DNA of 46,658 nucleotides from an uncultured Chloroherpeton sp. (GTDB lineage Bacteria; Bacteroidota; Ignavibacteria; Kapaibacteriales; UBA2268): NCBI GenBank assembly GCA_964405755.1, contig CAYOPF010000003.1, positions 1 to 46,658 of the forward strand, read 5' to 3'. Shown piece by piece: positions 27,003 to 38,300 of this stretch (position 1 is its first letter; each line of letters starts with the position of its first letter). The notes under the pieces were generated by a model. It saw only the letters and a program-made list of their open reading frames with translations, ran no database searches and was not told where the DNA came from. The position numbers and the translations under genes were made by a program.

Positions 27003-27977
27003 TTATTTCTCTCTTTCTATCACATATAACGAAAAATTTATTAAAGAATTTTTAGCATTACTATCGGGATATTTATTTAGAATTTCAATAGCTTGATTTA
27101 TAAATTCTTTGGCCTTTTCCTCCGATTTTGCAATACCATTCTTAGCTTTAACAAATTCGATAATATTCTGAACTTCCTTTTCAGCAGATTGGCTATTCTT
27201 CATTTTTTTCAATATCGAATCCACTTCGCTTTGGGTGGAATTTTCCAATGCAAAAATTAATGGAAGTGTTATTTTCTTTTCTTTAATATCATTTCCTACT
27301 GGTTTTCCAAGCAATGTGTTGGTGTTAGTATAGTCGAAAATGTCGTCTTTTATTTGGAAGGCAATTCCAAGTAACTCGCCAAACAATCCCAAATCTTCGA
27401 TTACTTCGTTTGGTTGATTTTGCGAAAGTGCACCTATTTCGCAACATGAACGGAGCAATACTGCTGTTTTGTTGCGAATAATATCGAAATACAAATCCAT
27501 CGAATAACTCATCCGACGCGAAGCTTCCATAGATTGCAACTCGCCTTCGCTCATCGTTTTAACTGCATTGGAGGTTACCTTCAGAAAGCTAAATTCTTCC
27601 TTCTCAACCGAAACAAGCAATCCTCTCGAGAGTAAATAGTCCCCCAGCAGAACAGCAACTTTGTTTTTCCAGATTGCATTAATCGAGAGAAAACCACGCC
27701 TTTCCTGTGCTTCGTCAACAACGTCGTCGTGGACAAGAGTTGCTGTATGGAGCAGCTCTATCATCGACGCACCGACAAGTACCCGCTGATTGAACTCACC
27801 AAACAATTGTGATGTAAGGAAAATCAATGCTGGACGCATTTTTTTTCCACTTCTGCTGGCTACATATCTCAGAACCATATTAAGTAACGGTACTTTGGAT
27901 TGCAACTGTTGCTTAAAATATTTATCAAAATTCTCTAAATCTACTTTTATTGGTTTTATTATTGATTCTAACTTCAT
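27003..27977 (-). CDS. ispB: Long-chain polyprenyl diphosphate synthase
   Basis: Two Asp-rich motifs, LVHDDVVDE and KDDIFDY. The start is set at ATG 27977 (MKLES); the longest ORF uses TTG at 28016. Confidence 0.88.
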   Translation of the reverse strand: MKLESIIKPIKVDLENFDKYFKQQLQSKVPLLNMVLRYVASRSGKKMRPALIFLTSQLFGEFNQRVLVGASMIELLHTATLVHDDVVDEAQERRGFLSINAIWKNKVAVLLGDYLLSRGLLVSVEKEEFSFLKVTSNAVKTMSEGELQSMEASRRMSYSMDLYFDIIRNKTAVLLRSCCEIGALSQNQPNEVIEDLGLFGELLGIAFQIKDDIFDYTNTNTLLGKPVGNDIKEKKITLPLIFALENSTQSEVDSILKKMKNSQSAEKEVQNIIEFVKAKNGIAKSEEKAKEFINQAIEILNKYPDSNAKNSLINFSLYVIEREK

Positions 27978-28330
27978 TAAATACAATTTATTTGATTTTT
28001 CAAAATAATACTGCAAATTACAAAATATGTAAATTATATCTGCATTTTTTTTCTAAACAATTTTAGATTATCAAACTTCATTATTGGTAATAATTAGTAA
28101 ATAAACTAAATGCCAATATAATATAATGCATTATGAAAAAAATATTCTTATGTATACTTTTAATGCATACTAATTACTCAATAGAAATTTTAAAATAACG
28201 AAAGTAAGATATTTGCTAGATAATTACGAAACAGTTATTAGAATAGATATTAAAAAAGAATCTGTTTAAAAAACTGTAAATATATTTACTACTATAACTT
28301 AAATAAAATACACTTCACTTTTTATTAACT

Positions 28331-30727
28331 TTATATCTGATAACTTATTTTCATAGTTGTATATCTTGGTAGGTAAGTTCCTCCAAACATCTGATAATGC
28401 TTCCTATCCAGCAGATTGAATACGTACAATCCAACTTCTAAGTTATCTATGGGATAAACGCCAATATTCAAGTTTACTAAGGCATAATCGGGCACATAAC
28501 CAACGTAAGTACCTGCAAGCCAATCAAAACCTTGAGTATAGGAAAAATCAACTCTTGCATCAAAGATACCTTTTTGTGCATAATTAATAGCAAGACGATA
28601 CTTGTTTGGTGCAGTGTTTGGCATTATTTGCTGGAATTTGTTTGCTTGGATTACTTCGAAATTGTAATTACTATAACCAGCCTCTAAACTTAAATTATTA
28701 TCATATAAATAAATGAGATTCAATTCTGTACCATATTGAATAACCTCGCCTACGTTGGTATTGGATACAACAAATGTAGGCTTGCCTTGATAATTGGACA
28801 AACGCAGTTTATCCCTTGGATTTAATGGTGAATTTGCCAAATCTTTCACTAAATTTGTGTATTGTTTTAAATTATCGGGCAATTCGGGCGACCATTCAGG
28901 TATATCTGTATTTACTCTTGGGAGAAAATTGGTAATAAAGTCATTCAATTTGTTATAATAAAAATCTGCAGAAAACTTAAAATGATCTAAGAAAATACCT
29001 TCGTAACCAAAATCGACACCAATGTTTCTTTCTACTTTTAAGTTTGGATTGCCAACGGCTCGAGCATTAAGTGCATTCAATCCCAATATAAGGTTTGGAT
29101 TAGTTCCCGTAAGAGTTGCCAAAGTATCATTAATTTTCTTTTCGATTGCGGCGAAGTTAACAGGACGGCCGTTAGAGGGGTCGATTGCAGGAGCATCGGG
29201 TGTTAATCGATATAATTCCGAATAATTTGGTCGTTGGAAAGAACGACCAACAGAAATACGGAAATTATGGTTAGTGATTGGCTTAAATACAATTGCAAAT
29301 CTAGGGGAGAACTGAGTTTCGTGAATCGAGGCAAAATCAAGTCTGGCGGATGTTACAAAATCGATATTAAAATCAGTTTTGTAATCGAATTGAGAGTATA
29401 AGCCTGTGTAATTTGCATCCAGATCGTCAGGTATAGATGTTCCAGATGTCCTTATTTGTTGGAAATCTTGGGTTGCTCCAATAATTAAACCGAGCGATCT
29501 TGAGAATTGGTGATTATACTGTGCTTCGAAGAAAATATCCTTTGAGTCATCTAATAAAGGGGCCCCAGGGACCATCAACCACATTGTGTCGAGTACTCTT
29601 CGCTGCATGAAATGAGTTTGGAAGTGGAAATTTGGCGTATTAAATGCAAAGCGTGCATAGGGCCGCTCTACATCTTTAACAAAAGTACGGCCGAGCCCAA
29701 ACACAAACAATTCGTTTGTATTACGGGAGTAGCCAAATTCGGTAACTGCATTGGCATCCTGCCATAAATCGAAATCAACACGAAATGTTCCATAATAAGA
29801 TTTTGTTAATCTATCGTCCTCGCTAAGAGATTTACGTTCAATTGGTAAGCCTGCATACTCCAGGAATTTTGCTGAATCACGTCGGTTGGACCAATTCAAT
29901 CTGTTCGATGTACCCAATGTTACTTTGTAGCTTAAAAAGTTCCACATTCCAGCATATCTTGCATCCACTTTGTATGTGTCGTAATCACCAGCTAATAACG
30001 AAGCTTTTGCACCCAATATTTGTTTTGGAGCATAGGAAGTAAGATTCAATACACCGTTGAATGCATTTGCTCCGTATAGCGAAGCAGCGGGACCGCGTAC
30101 AAATTCCACACGGGCAAATTCATCTAAAGGCATCGAAAAGGAGTTCCATTCCAATGCACCTAGTAATGGCATCGAGGCATCGCGGCCATCTTGAAGAACC
30201 AGAATACGTCGGTGCAAACCGCCATTGAATCCACGTGTATTGACAATAAAGTCGGATGCTCCATTTTGCAATACTTCAACACCGGTATAGGATTGGAAAA
30301 CTTGGGCAATCTGTCCCGAGCGTGAGTTAATACGTATTTGTTCGGGGCTTTGATGATAAATTGCTGCAGGCGATTCTGTAATTTTTTGTTGCTGACGGCT
30401 TGCACTATACACCATAACCTCATCAAATTGAAATAGTTTTGGATTCAAATAAATTGTGTTATCCTCGAAGGGTATTTTTGCGGTATTGAACGATGTGTTT
30501 ACTGTTTGGTATTTATTGGCAATCACCCTTAATGTAATTTGCCCTGAATACTTGGAAATGTTTACTTTTCCAAATGAATCTGTTTTTAAGGTGTCATCCG
30601 AATTAATCACAACCAGAGCATTGATTATCGGTTTCTTATCTTCACTACTTACGATTTTTAAATCAGCAGAAATTAATATATTGGTTGCCAAAATAAATGT
30701 GAAGAATATTGCTAAGTATTTTTTCAT
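28331..30727 (-). CDS. TonB-dependent receptor with an N-terminal carboxypeptidase-regulatory-like domain
   Basis: A signal peptide, a CarboxypepD_reg-like segment, a plug region (DEVMVYSASRQQQKITESPAAI...VRGPAASLYGANAFNGVLNL) and a long beta-barrel. Confidence 0.88.
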   Translation of the reverse strand: MKKYLAIFFTFILATNILISADLKIVSSEDKKPIINALVVINSDDTLKTDSFGKVNISKYSGQITLRVIANKYQTVNTSFNTAKIPFEDNTIYLNPKLFQFDEVMVYSASRQQQKITESPAAIYHQSPEQIRINSRSGQIAQVFQSYTGVEVLQNGASDFIVNTRGFNGGLHRRILVLQDGRDASMPLLGALEWNSFSMPLDEFARVEFVRGPAASLYGANAFNGVLNLTSYAPKQILGAKASLLAGDYDTYKVDARYAGMWNFLSYKVTLGTSNRLNWSNRRDSAKFLEYAGLPIERKSLSEDDRLTKSYYGTFRVDFDLWQDANAVTEFGYSRNTNELFVFGLGRTFVKDVERPYARFAFNTPNFHFQTHFMQRRVLDTMWLMVPGAPLLDDSKDIFFEAQYNHQFSRSLGLIIGATQDFQQIRTSGTSIPDDLDANYTGLYSQFDYKTDFNIDFVTSARLDFASIHETQFSPRFAIVFKPITNHNFRISVGRSFQRPNYSELYRLTPDAPAIDPSNGRPVNFAAIEKKINDTLATLTGTNPNLILGLNALNARAVGNPNLKVERNIGVDFGYEGIFLDHFKFSADFYYNKLNDFITNFLPRVNTDIPEWSPELPDNLKQYTNLVKDLANSPLNPRDKLRLSNYQGKPTFVVSNTNVGEVIQYGTELNLIYLYDNNLSLEAGYSNYNFEVIQANKFQQIMPNTAPNKYRLAINYAQKGIFDARVDFSYTQGFDWLAGTYVGYVPDYALVNLNIGVYPIDNLEVGLYVFNLLDRKHYQMFGGTYLPRYTTMKISYQI

Positions 30728-30755
30728 AATTTATCCTTAGTTTTGTTAAACATAT

Positions 30756-31394
30756 TTATTTTTCAAAATTAATATTTTCTTTTATTATATCGATGAACTC
30801 GGATAAAATCATTGCAGTAGCACCCCAAAGAACTTGTTTTGGATGAATTTTCCATAGGGGAACATCTACTATTTTTCCGTTGAACTTCCATTGCTCGGTA
30901 ACCATATTGTTTATGTTCAGGAAATATTCCAAATCTATCCAAAATGCATCTTCCACTTCGTCGGGACTTAGCGTAAACTTACTATCTTGTTTTAATATTC
31001 CCACAAATGGATGAATAATAGCATTGGATGGAGGTACATAAAGGGTTGATAATTGTTTAAGAATTTCAATCTGCTCTGGTTTTACTCCAATTTCTTCGTA
31101 TGTTTCGCGCAGTGCAGTATCTATGCATCTTTCTGTTTCCTCAACTCGTCCACCTGGAAAGCTAATTTGGCCACTGTGACTTTTCATATTGGAGCTTCGG
31201 AGTGTGAATAAAATCTGTATCTTTTTTTCAAATTCCCTTAAAATCAACAATACTGAGCTATTATAAGCATCTGGCGAAGGATTGAAAGTGCGGAAATGTT
31301 CTCCATTTATTAAAGGAGCAAGCTTAAAATGAGACTCTGTACCTTTAAGTAAGTTTTTGTCCGAATGTTTCAATATGTTTATTAATTCATTCAT
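30756..31394 (-). CDS. NUDIX hydrolase, CoA pyrophosphatase type
   Basis: The Nudix box GGRVEETERCIDTALRETYEEIGV is preceded by LFTLRSSNMKSHSGQISFPGG, the CoA-pyrophosphatase signature. Confidence 0.85.
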   Translation of the reverse strand: MNELINILKHSDKNLLKGTESHFKLAPLINGEHFRTFNPSPDAYNSSVLLILREFEKKIQILFTLRSSNMKSHSGQISFPGGRVEETERCIDTALRETYEEIGVKPEQIEILKQLSTLYVPPSNAIIHPFVGILKQDSKFTLSPDEVEDAFWIDLEYFLNINNMVTEQWKFNGKIVDVPLWKIHPKQVLWGATAMILSEFIDIIKENINFEK

Positions 31395-31412
31395 ATCTTA
31401 ATAATTCATCCA

Positions 31413-32000
31413 TTAATCTAAATGTCTTTTGATTATTGCAACAAATTGTTCACGATTCAATCCAGTTAAGGATGAAGTAGGAAGTACTTCAATTTTCCCT
31501 TTGCAGCTTTGGAGCAAATAATTCCATTCCTCCACTTTTTCTTCGATTTGTGTTTTCGATACTTTATCACATTTGGTCATAACAACAATAAAGGGTATCT
31601 GATGGTTCTCCAACCATTCAATCAAAGATAAATCAATTGACATAGGATCGTGTCGGCCATCAACCAAAACGGTAACAAACTTAAGTTGCTCTCGCGATTT
31701 AAAGTAATGGTAAATCATGTCCTTCCATTGTTCTCTGTCTGTTTTGCTTACTTTCGCATACCCAAATCCGGGCAAATCTGCCAAAATATATTTATCCTGA
31801 ACATTGAAAAAATTAATACTCTTGGTTTTGCCGGGGTTACTGCTTATCTTTGCAAGATTTTTTCGTAGTAAAATTGTATTGATAAAGCTTGATTTCCCCA
31901 CATTGGAGCGGCCCGAAAACGCAAATTCTGGCAAAGAAGTTCGTGGGTAATCACCTATTTTGCTTGAACTATGTATAAAATTTGCTTCGATGCTAGGCAT
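31413..32000 (-). CDS. engB: Ribosome-biogenesis GTPase YihA/EngB
   Basis: The G1 motif GRSNVGKSS plus DLPGFGYA and TKCDK. The start is set at MPSIEANF (ATG 32000), which overlaps the upstream stop as ATGCCTAG; the longest ORF (32138) would run into the EamA gene. Confidence 0.88.
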   Translation of the reverse strand: MPSIEANFIHSSSKIGDYPRTSLPEFAFSGRSNVGKSSFINTILLRKNLAKISSNPGKTKSINFFNVQDKYILADLPGFGYAKVSKTDREQWKDMIYHYFKSREQLKFVTVLVDGRHDPMSIDLSLIEWLENHQIPFIVVMTKCDKVSKTQIEEKVEEWNYLLQSCKGKIEVLPTSSLTGLNREQFVAIIKRHLD

Positions 32001-32901
32001 TTTCACTCCTTGTTTTTGTAATAATGTTTCTGAAAATAAATGGCCCAATCTCGGAAGTAAGAACCCCACCAAACATAATGAATGCTCCCAAATTTTCCCT
32101 GAATGAAAATACTGAATTAAAAATAAATATCGAAGCAACCGAGGCGACTACGGGTTCCAAGGAGAATATCAGAGCGGCTTTGATAGGCGTGGTAAACCTT
32201 TGGTATGCAGTATGAATGAACGTTAAAACAAATGATGCAATAATTCCATTATAGAGTACTGCATATATTAGATTAGGATGAAAATCTAAATGGAAATTTG
32301 GCAAATCAATGACCAAAAAGCTGATGGAAGAAAGAGCAACAAGCGATAAAAATTGCATAAAAACTAATTGGGGAGTATAATCTGTACCGGTTTGATCCTT
32401 GGTATATTTGTCCATATAAGTAATATAGAAAGCCCAAAAAAATGTCGAAAATAAGGTTAGGATATCACCAACATTCAGATTATTTATATCAGGATTGGTA
32501 AAAAACCATAACCCAATTGAGGCAACAAACACGCCTATTTTCGAAAAAATATCAACACGCTTTCGGACTAAAAACCAATATACAAAAGGAACCAATGGCA
32601 CCGCCAAACCTGTAATAAATGCCGATTTTGGAACAGTTGTCAGTTTCAAACCATAAGTTTGCAAAATAAAACCACCAGCATAAAAGAAACCTAAAACCAA
32701 ACCTTGTTTGATCGTTTGTTTTTTTATCGAGAATAATCGTTTATTAAATACGATTAGCAATAGAACAAGAGCAATGCCGAATCGCATTAGTACGAAAAAC
32801 GATTCATTTGTGTAGGAAATACCAATCTTTGTAAAAATAAAAGTAAAACCCCAAACAAGGGTTATTACAAACATCAATCCATCGGCACTTGTTTGTTTCA
32901 T
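31993..32901 (-). CDS. EamA/DMT-family transporter
   Basis: About ten TM segments with a two-fold internal repeat typical of EamA. Confidence 0.75.
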   Translation of the reverse strand: MKQTSADGLMFVITLVWGFTFIFTKIGISYTNESFFVLMRFGIALVLLLIVFNKRLFSIKKQTIKQGLVLGFFYAGGFILQTYGLKLTTVPKSAFITGLAVPLVPFVYWFLVRKRVDIFSKIGVFVASIGLWFFTNPDINNLNVGDILTLFSTFFWAFYITYMDKYTKDQTGTDYTPQLVFMQFLSLVALSSISFLVIDLPNFHLDFHPNLIYAVLYNGIIASFVLTFIHTAYQRFTTPIKAALIFSLEPVVASVASIFIFNSVFSFRENLGAFIMFGGVLTSEIGPFIFRNIITKTRSENA

Positions 32902-32999
32902 ATCCCCGCTAAGACGAAAAAGGTGTCAAGATATTTAAATTTAGTACAATTCAAAATGAAAATTTCGTAATTTTATATTTTATAAAATGTTTGATTTTA

Positions 33000-34067
33000 A
33001 TGATTACTCAAGAAAATATCAAAAAGTTCGACTTGTCGGATATGATGGGTGTTATTGCAAATTTCCACAATCAAGTCCGCAATTCGATTGAGTTTTTGAA
33101 GAACTCCCCTAAACTTCAAGATAATTATCGAATTAAAAGAATACTAATAACAGGAATGGGTGGATCTGCAATAAGCGGAGATATTGCACGAAGTTTTATT
33201 GCCAAAAATCATCCAGAGATTAATATCCCAATTATAATTGTTCGTAATTACGATTTGCCTCATTGGGTGGACGAACACACATTGGTTATTTGCATTTCCT
33301 ATTCGGGTAATACCGAAGAAACACTATCAATAATTCAGCAAGCAAAAGAAAATACTTCCTACATTGTTGGAATAGCAAGTGGTGGTAGGCTTTCTGAATT
33401 TTGCGTTCAAAACAGTATTGGATTTGTGCAAGTGCCCGGTGGTATGCAACCACGAGCAGCGTTAGGATATTTATTTTTTGCTGTTTACAACTTTTTAATA
33501 GCAAATTTTTGCAAAGTATGCACAATCTCCAAATCGATGATAGAAGAGCAAATGCTGGTAGATTACCTGGAAACAAAAGCCAAAGAATATGGCACGCTTA
33601 CCGGGGACAACTTTGCATTAAAATTTGCTGAGGAACTGCATAACAAACAAGTGATAATTTATTCGTCGAGCGATGTTCTGGATGTGATTAACTTACGCTG
33701 GCGTGGTCAAATACAAGAAAATGCCAAAAATCTTGCGTTTGGCAATCTTGTTCCCGAAATGAACCACAACGAAATCAATTCGCTCAAATTCCCAAGTACA
33801 ATAATTGAGAATTCTTTTTTTGTAGTTTTGATCGATAAAAATGAACATCCATCTAATAGAAAAAGACTTGAAACGCTATGCAAAATAATAACTGAGATAA
33901 CACCCAATTTAAGAATCGTCGAAAGCAAAGAGGAAATGCCATTGATAAGGCTATTCGAATTTATTTATCTTGCAGATTGGGTTAGTTTTTATCTTGGAAT
34001 ACTCAATGAGCAGGATCCTACAGAAATAGAACTTATTTCAAAATTCAAACAAATTATGTCCCAGTAA
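33000..34067 (+). CDS. Bifunctional phosphoglucose/phosphomannose isomerase (SIS domain)
   Basis: ILITGMGGSAISGDI and ICISYSGNTEET are SIS motifs and the length is typical of the PGI/PMI family. The ATG at 33000 is preferred over TTG at 32991. Confidence 0.8.
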   Translation: MITQENIKKFDLSDMMGVIANFHNQVRNSIEFLKNSPKLQDNYRIKRILITGMGGSAISGDIARSFIAKNHPEINIPIIIVRNYDLPHWVDEHTLVICISYSGNTEETLSIIQQAKENTSYIVGIASGGRLSEFCVQNSIGFVQVPGGMQPRAALGYLFFAVYNFLIANFCKVCTISKSMIEEQMLVDYLETKAKEYGTLTGDNFALKFAEELHNKQVIIYSSSDVLDVINLRWRGQIQENAKNLAFGNLVPEMNHNEINSLKFPSTIIENSFFVVLIDKNEHPSNRKRLETLCKIITEITPNLRIVESKEEMPLIRLFEFIYLADWVSFYLGILNEQDPTEIELISKFKQIMSQ

Positions 34068-34079
34068 ATAAGAAGTGAA

Positions 34080-35213
34080 ATGGAAAAAGTAGCTATAATA
34101 ATGGCGGGTGGTGCTGGCAACAGGTTTTGGCCTTTAAGCAGAATAAACCGTCCAAAACAAATAATTAAGTTCGACGATAACACTCCAACATTACTTGAGG
34201 AAGCAATCGAAAGAGCCTCGACAGTAATCGATTTGGAAAATATTTTTATAATCACTAACCAATATTTAAAAGACCCGGTTGCCAATATCATTACCGATAT
34301 TCCTAAGGAAAACATAATAGCTGAACCATTAAAACGCAACACAGCACCTTGTTTGTCGTTGACTGCATCTATTATTGCATCCAGAATGGAACAGCGGGGT
34401 ATTCCTGAAAGCGAGATTTCTGTAGCTGTTCTTACGGCCGATCAAAGAATATTTCCAATACAATCTTTTTCCAACATATTGGAATCATTGCTCAAATATG
34501 TTTATTATAACGAGGTATTGGCAACAATTGGGATAAAACCCGAGCGACCCGAGACTGGATATGGCTACATCGAGGTTGAAGCCGACTTCGACTATACCAA
34601 TCAATCACTCCAAATACAACCTATTAAATCCTTCCACGAGAAGCCAACTCAAATAAAAGCTGGAGAATATTTCCGCAGTAATCGCTATTTGTGGAATTCA
34701 GGAATGTTTTTCTACCGTTTGGATACTTTTATCAATAAAATGATTAAATACGCAAAGGATATAGGCGACTTTATATACGAAATGAAGGGCATAATCAATA
34801 ACAACCCTAACGAAGATAATTTTACCCAAAATAAAACTATTTTAAATATCTACAGTAATTTCCCAGATATTTCGATTGACTATGCTTTAATGGAAAAAGC
34901 AAAAAAAGTGGTGGTCGCTCCTGCCACTTTTTCGTGGGAAGATTTGGGTTCGTTCGAAGCCCTGCCACGAATTTACTCTGTTGATGCAAATCAAAATTAT
35001 ATTCAGGGCGAAGTTGTAGAATTGGAAACTAATAATTCAATTCTGATAAATCGCTCCGAAAGAAAGGATATGATTCTATCTGTGTTGGGTTATTCAAATA
35101 TGGTGGTTGCATTAACTGACGATGCCGTAATGATTTGTCCCCGTTCAAGGGTTCAGGAAGTAAAGCGGCTTGTCGAAGAAATCGCCAATCAAGACAAACA
35201 TCAATGGCTTTAG
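34080..35213 (+). CDS. Mannose-1-phosphate guanylyltransferase
   Basis: The N-terminal IIMAGGAGNRFWPLSR, GYGYIE and FSWEDLGS. Confidence 0.82.
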   Translation: MEKVAIIMAGGAGNRFWPLSRINRPKQIIKFDDNTPTLLEEAIERASTVIDLENIFIITNQYLKDPVANIITDIPKENIIAEPLKRNTAPCLSLTASIIASRMEQRGIPESEISVAVLTADQRIFPIQSFSNILESLLKYVYYNEVLATIGIKPERPETGYGYIEVEADFDYTNQSLQIQPIKSFHEKPTQIKAGEYFRSNRYLWNSGMFFYRLDTFINKMIKYAKDIGDFIYEMKGIINNNPNEDNFTQNKTILNIYSNFPDISIDYALMEKAKKVVVAPATFSWEDLGSFEALPRIYSVDANQNYIQGEVVELETNNSILINRSERKDMILSVLGYSNMVVALTDDAVMICPRSRVQEVKRLVEEIANQDKHQWL

Positions 35214-35329
35214 AAACTTAAATTATTTTTTATTTTTATTAGATTCTATTTAGAACAAAGGCTGGAAATAATTTATTTCTATTGGCACTTTTTTTGATTG
35301 TAAATTAATGATATTCAATGATTTTTCGA

Positions 35330-35337
35330 TAATTTTG
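35330..35337 (+). promoter_or_regulatory. Candidate -7 promoter element TAATTTTG for the large T9SS cargo gene
   Basis: Matches TAnnTTTG, 20 nt upstream of the ATG at 35357. Confidence 0.35.
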
Positions 35338-35356
35338 TAATTGGGGAGATGAATAA

Positions 35357-38300
35357 ATGAAAAAGTTACATAAATTAATAGCAGCATTAATATTGTTGTT
35401 CTCTTATGCAAGTTTATACTCGCAAAGTGGAATTGTTATCCATAAAACAAACATCCAATCCTATCCGGAAGTACATTTCGAATTATTTATTTTCGATAAT
35501 GATGAAGTTGCTCCAAAATTGAACTACGACAAAAACAACCTGGTTGTAATGGATAATGGATTAATTCCAAACAATATTGAATTTCTGAATCAGAACCAAA
35601 ATATTTTGGCAAATGCATCGGTAAGTTTGCATTTTGACTTGGCAATGAGCAATAACAGCAAATTTGGAAAGTCGAGATTTGATATTGGAAAAGATTTTTT
35701 ACTGGAGCTTATCAAAGTTATCGATTCCAACAAAATCGAGGTTGCACTATCCTCCTTCGATGCGATTAACTATTATCATCAAGGATTTGCTCACAGTAAA
35801 TATAAATTAGCAAAAATAGTTAACGGTTTCCAACCAGAAGGCGCTTCGAGTATCGACCAGGCATTTATCGATAAGCCCGGCGGTGCTGCCGAGATTCACA
35901 AAACGTCAAAATATCTCAAATTTGCAATTCTTGTTACTGATGGTTCTTTGTTTATCGAAAAAGACAAAGTAATTAAAGAGATGAAGGACAATCTGATAAG
36001 GCCGTTGGTTATAGTAATTGGCAAACCTGCAAGCAAGGATATTTTGGAACTAGTCGAAGCAACAAATGGGTATTTTGTAGACGAAATAGAACCAACTAAT
36101 AATTTAGGTGCATTAGCTAAATACTTTTATTCATTGATTTTAGGTTATACTCCCAGTTTGCTGTCCTATTCGGACCGCAATATTTGCAACGATTATCACG
36201 ATGTGGAAATATCCTTACCTGGGAAAGGTTATAAAACAGCAACAACATACAAAATTGAAAGTTTCAAGAAACCTTTACTTGTTGCCAATCCCCCCGCACT
36301 TGGGTTCAGCTCGGTACTCCCGGGGACTTCCAAAGACTTAGATATTGCTATTACAGCTGTTAATGGAAATATTAAAATCAAGAAATTCAGCATTCAGGAC
36401 ATTCGTTATCAAATTGTAAAAGGCAATATTGGCCAGGAAATAATTTTACCCGAAAATCAAAGCATAAACTTAACAGTTCGATATACACCTTCGGATTCTG
36501 CAATCACTTTTACGACACTCGAAATAGATGCCGAAGCCTGTATGGGACGCGAAATATACCTTACTGGAGGTTTCCCAAACACTCCTCCGGCCGATAGAAC
36601 GATTAAGTTACTCACTCCGGAATGCAAGACAACTTTGGTACCAGGTGATACTTTTTCGATTCGTTGGACAGGTTTATTACCCAAAGATGTTATTCAATTA
36701 GAATATTCTATCGATAATGGACGTAATTGGGATACGCTTGCCCGGAACGTACAAGATTTGTCGTACTTATGGACCGTTCCCAATGTTCAATCCAATGAAT
36801 GTTTAATAAGAGCAATACAGCTATGGCCAAATAACGTTGGCCGTACATTGGATTTAAGACACTTGGGGGAAGTAAATACTGCATTTTTCAATTCCGAAGG
36901 CGATTTGGTAATAACCTCGAGTGCAGATAGGTCTGTAATTATTTGGAATGCAAATAGTGGAAGAATTCTGCATAATCTTCAAGGACATACTGCCGAAGTA
37001 AAATTTGCTGATTTCAACAATAAAGGCGATCGAGCAGCATCGGTTGGCAAAGATGGTAAATTAATTGTCTGGGACGTAATCAGTGGCATCAAACTTATGG
37101 ATAAGGAGTTAGGAAAAACTGCCAATTCGGTTCGCTTTTCTAACGACGATAAATATATTCTGGTTTCGTGCAATGACGGCTGTGCCGATGTTTTTAGCGC
37201 AACCGACCTAAGCGAAGTCGCAGATGTCCGTGCATATAAAAACGGTGTATGCTGGTATGCAGAATTCAGCAACGACGACAAATACATCTTAACCGCAGGT
37301 AACGATGGTATAGCAAAGGTTTGGGACTGGAAAAATCAAATCAATAATCCTGTTAAAATATTTGATACTCGTGTTGCAAGTGAGGTAAATCCAAATGAAA
37401 AATATGGCAATGCTACTTATGCGTCGTTTAATCACAATACAACTAAAGTAGCTGTTGTCTCGCTTCAAACCAAAAAGATATATGTGTTTGATTTTAATAC
37501 CACAGATACTTTATATACTATTCAGCATAAAGAAGGTGTGGTGCACTTCTCAGCAAGTTTCTATTATTCAACCAAATATGGTGAAATGCTCCTAACAACT
37601 TCTGAAGAAGATGTCCGGTTATGGGATGCCAATAAAGGATTACCTGGTTTACCACATATTATAAAAGAGCATACAAAATCTGTGCTAACTGCTGTATTCA
37701 ATTTCGATGCAAAGCGAATTCTGACTGCTTCGCGGGATTTTACGGCAAAAATTTGGAACTTAGAGCAGCGCGATTTGCAAATGGATACTACTGATTGCTT
37801 ATTCAGAATAAAACCAATAGCTATGGAATTAGTAAACATCGATTTTGGTGATGTTCCCATATTCAGTTCCAAGGACACAGTAATTAATAATTTTCTTACA
37901 AATAAAACTGACTTCAATTTCCAAATTAGAAAAATAGACATTTTGGGTGGGGAAAACAGCAAGTTTCAATTTTTGAACGACATAGAAGTCCCATTTTATT
38001 TGGACACGCTCATTCCATTGAAAGCTAAGATGCAATTCCGTCCAACCCAGCCAGGTAAGATATTCGATACGGTAAATGTGCTTACTTCAGGTGGTAAGTT
38101 CAAAGCAGTGTTGACGGGTAATGGTGTTGACCGCGGAATTTATTCATATATGAATATTATTGATTTCGATCAAATCGAAATTGGAGACTCGCGAGATTCC
38201 ACTATTTCATTAATGGTTGTGAATAAAGGCTTTTTTGATGTTGAAGTTGAGAAAATTGAACTGCAAAAACCCGATACTACTCATTTCCGGATAATAAACA

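Noticed and set aside
28133-28198. 21-codon ORF (MKKIFLCILLMHTNYSIEILK) in the 314-bp AT-rich gap between the TonB-dependent receptor and ispB
   Set aside because: It is too short, has no SD, and is expected by chance in AT-rich DNA. The gap is more simply the ispB promoter region.
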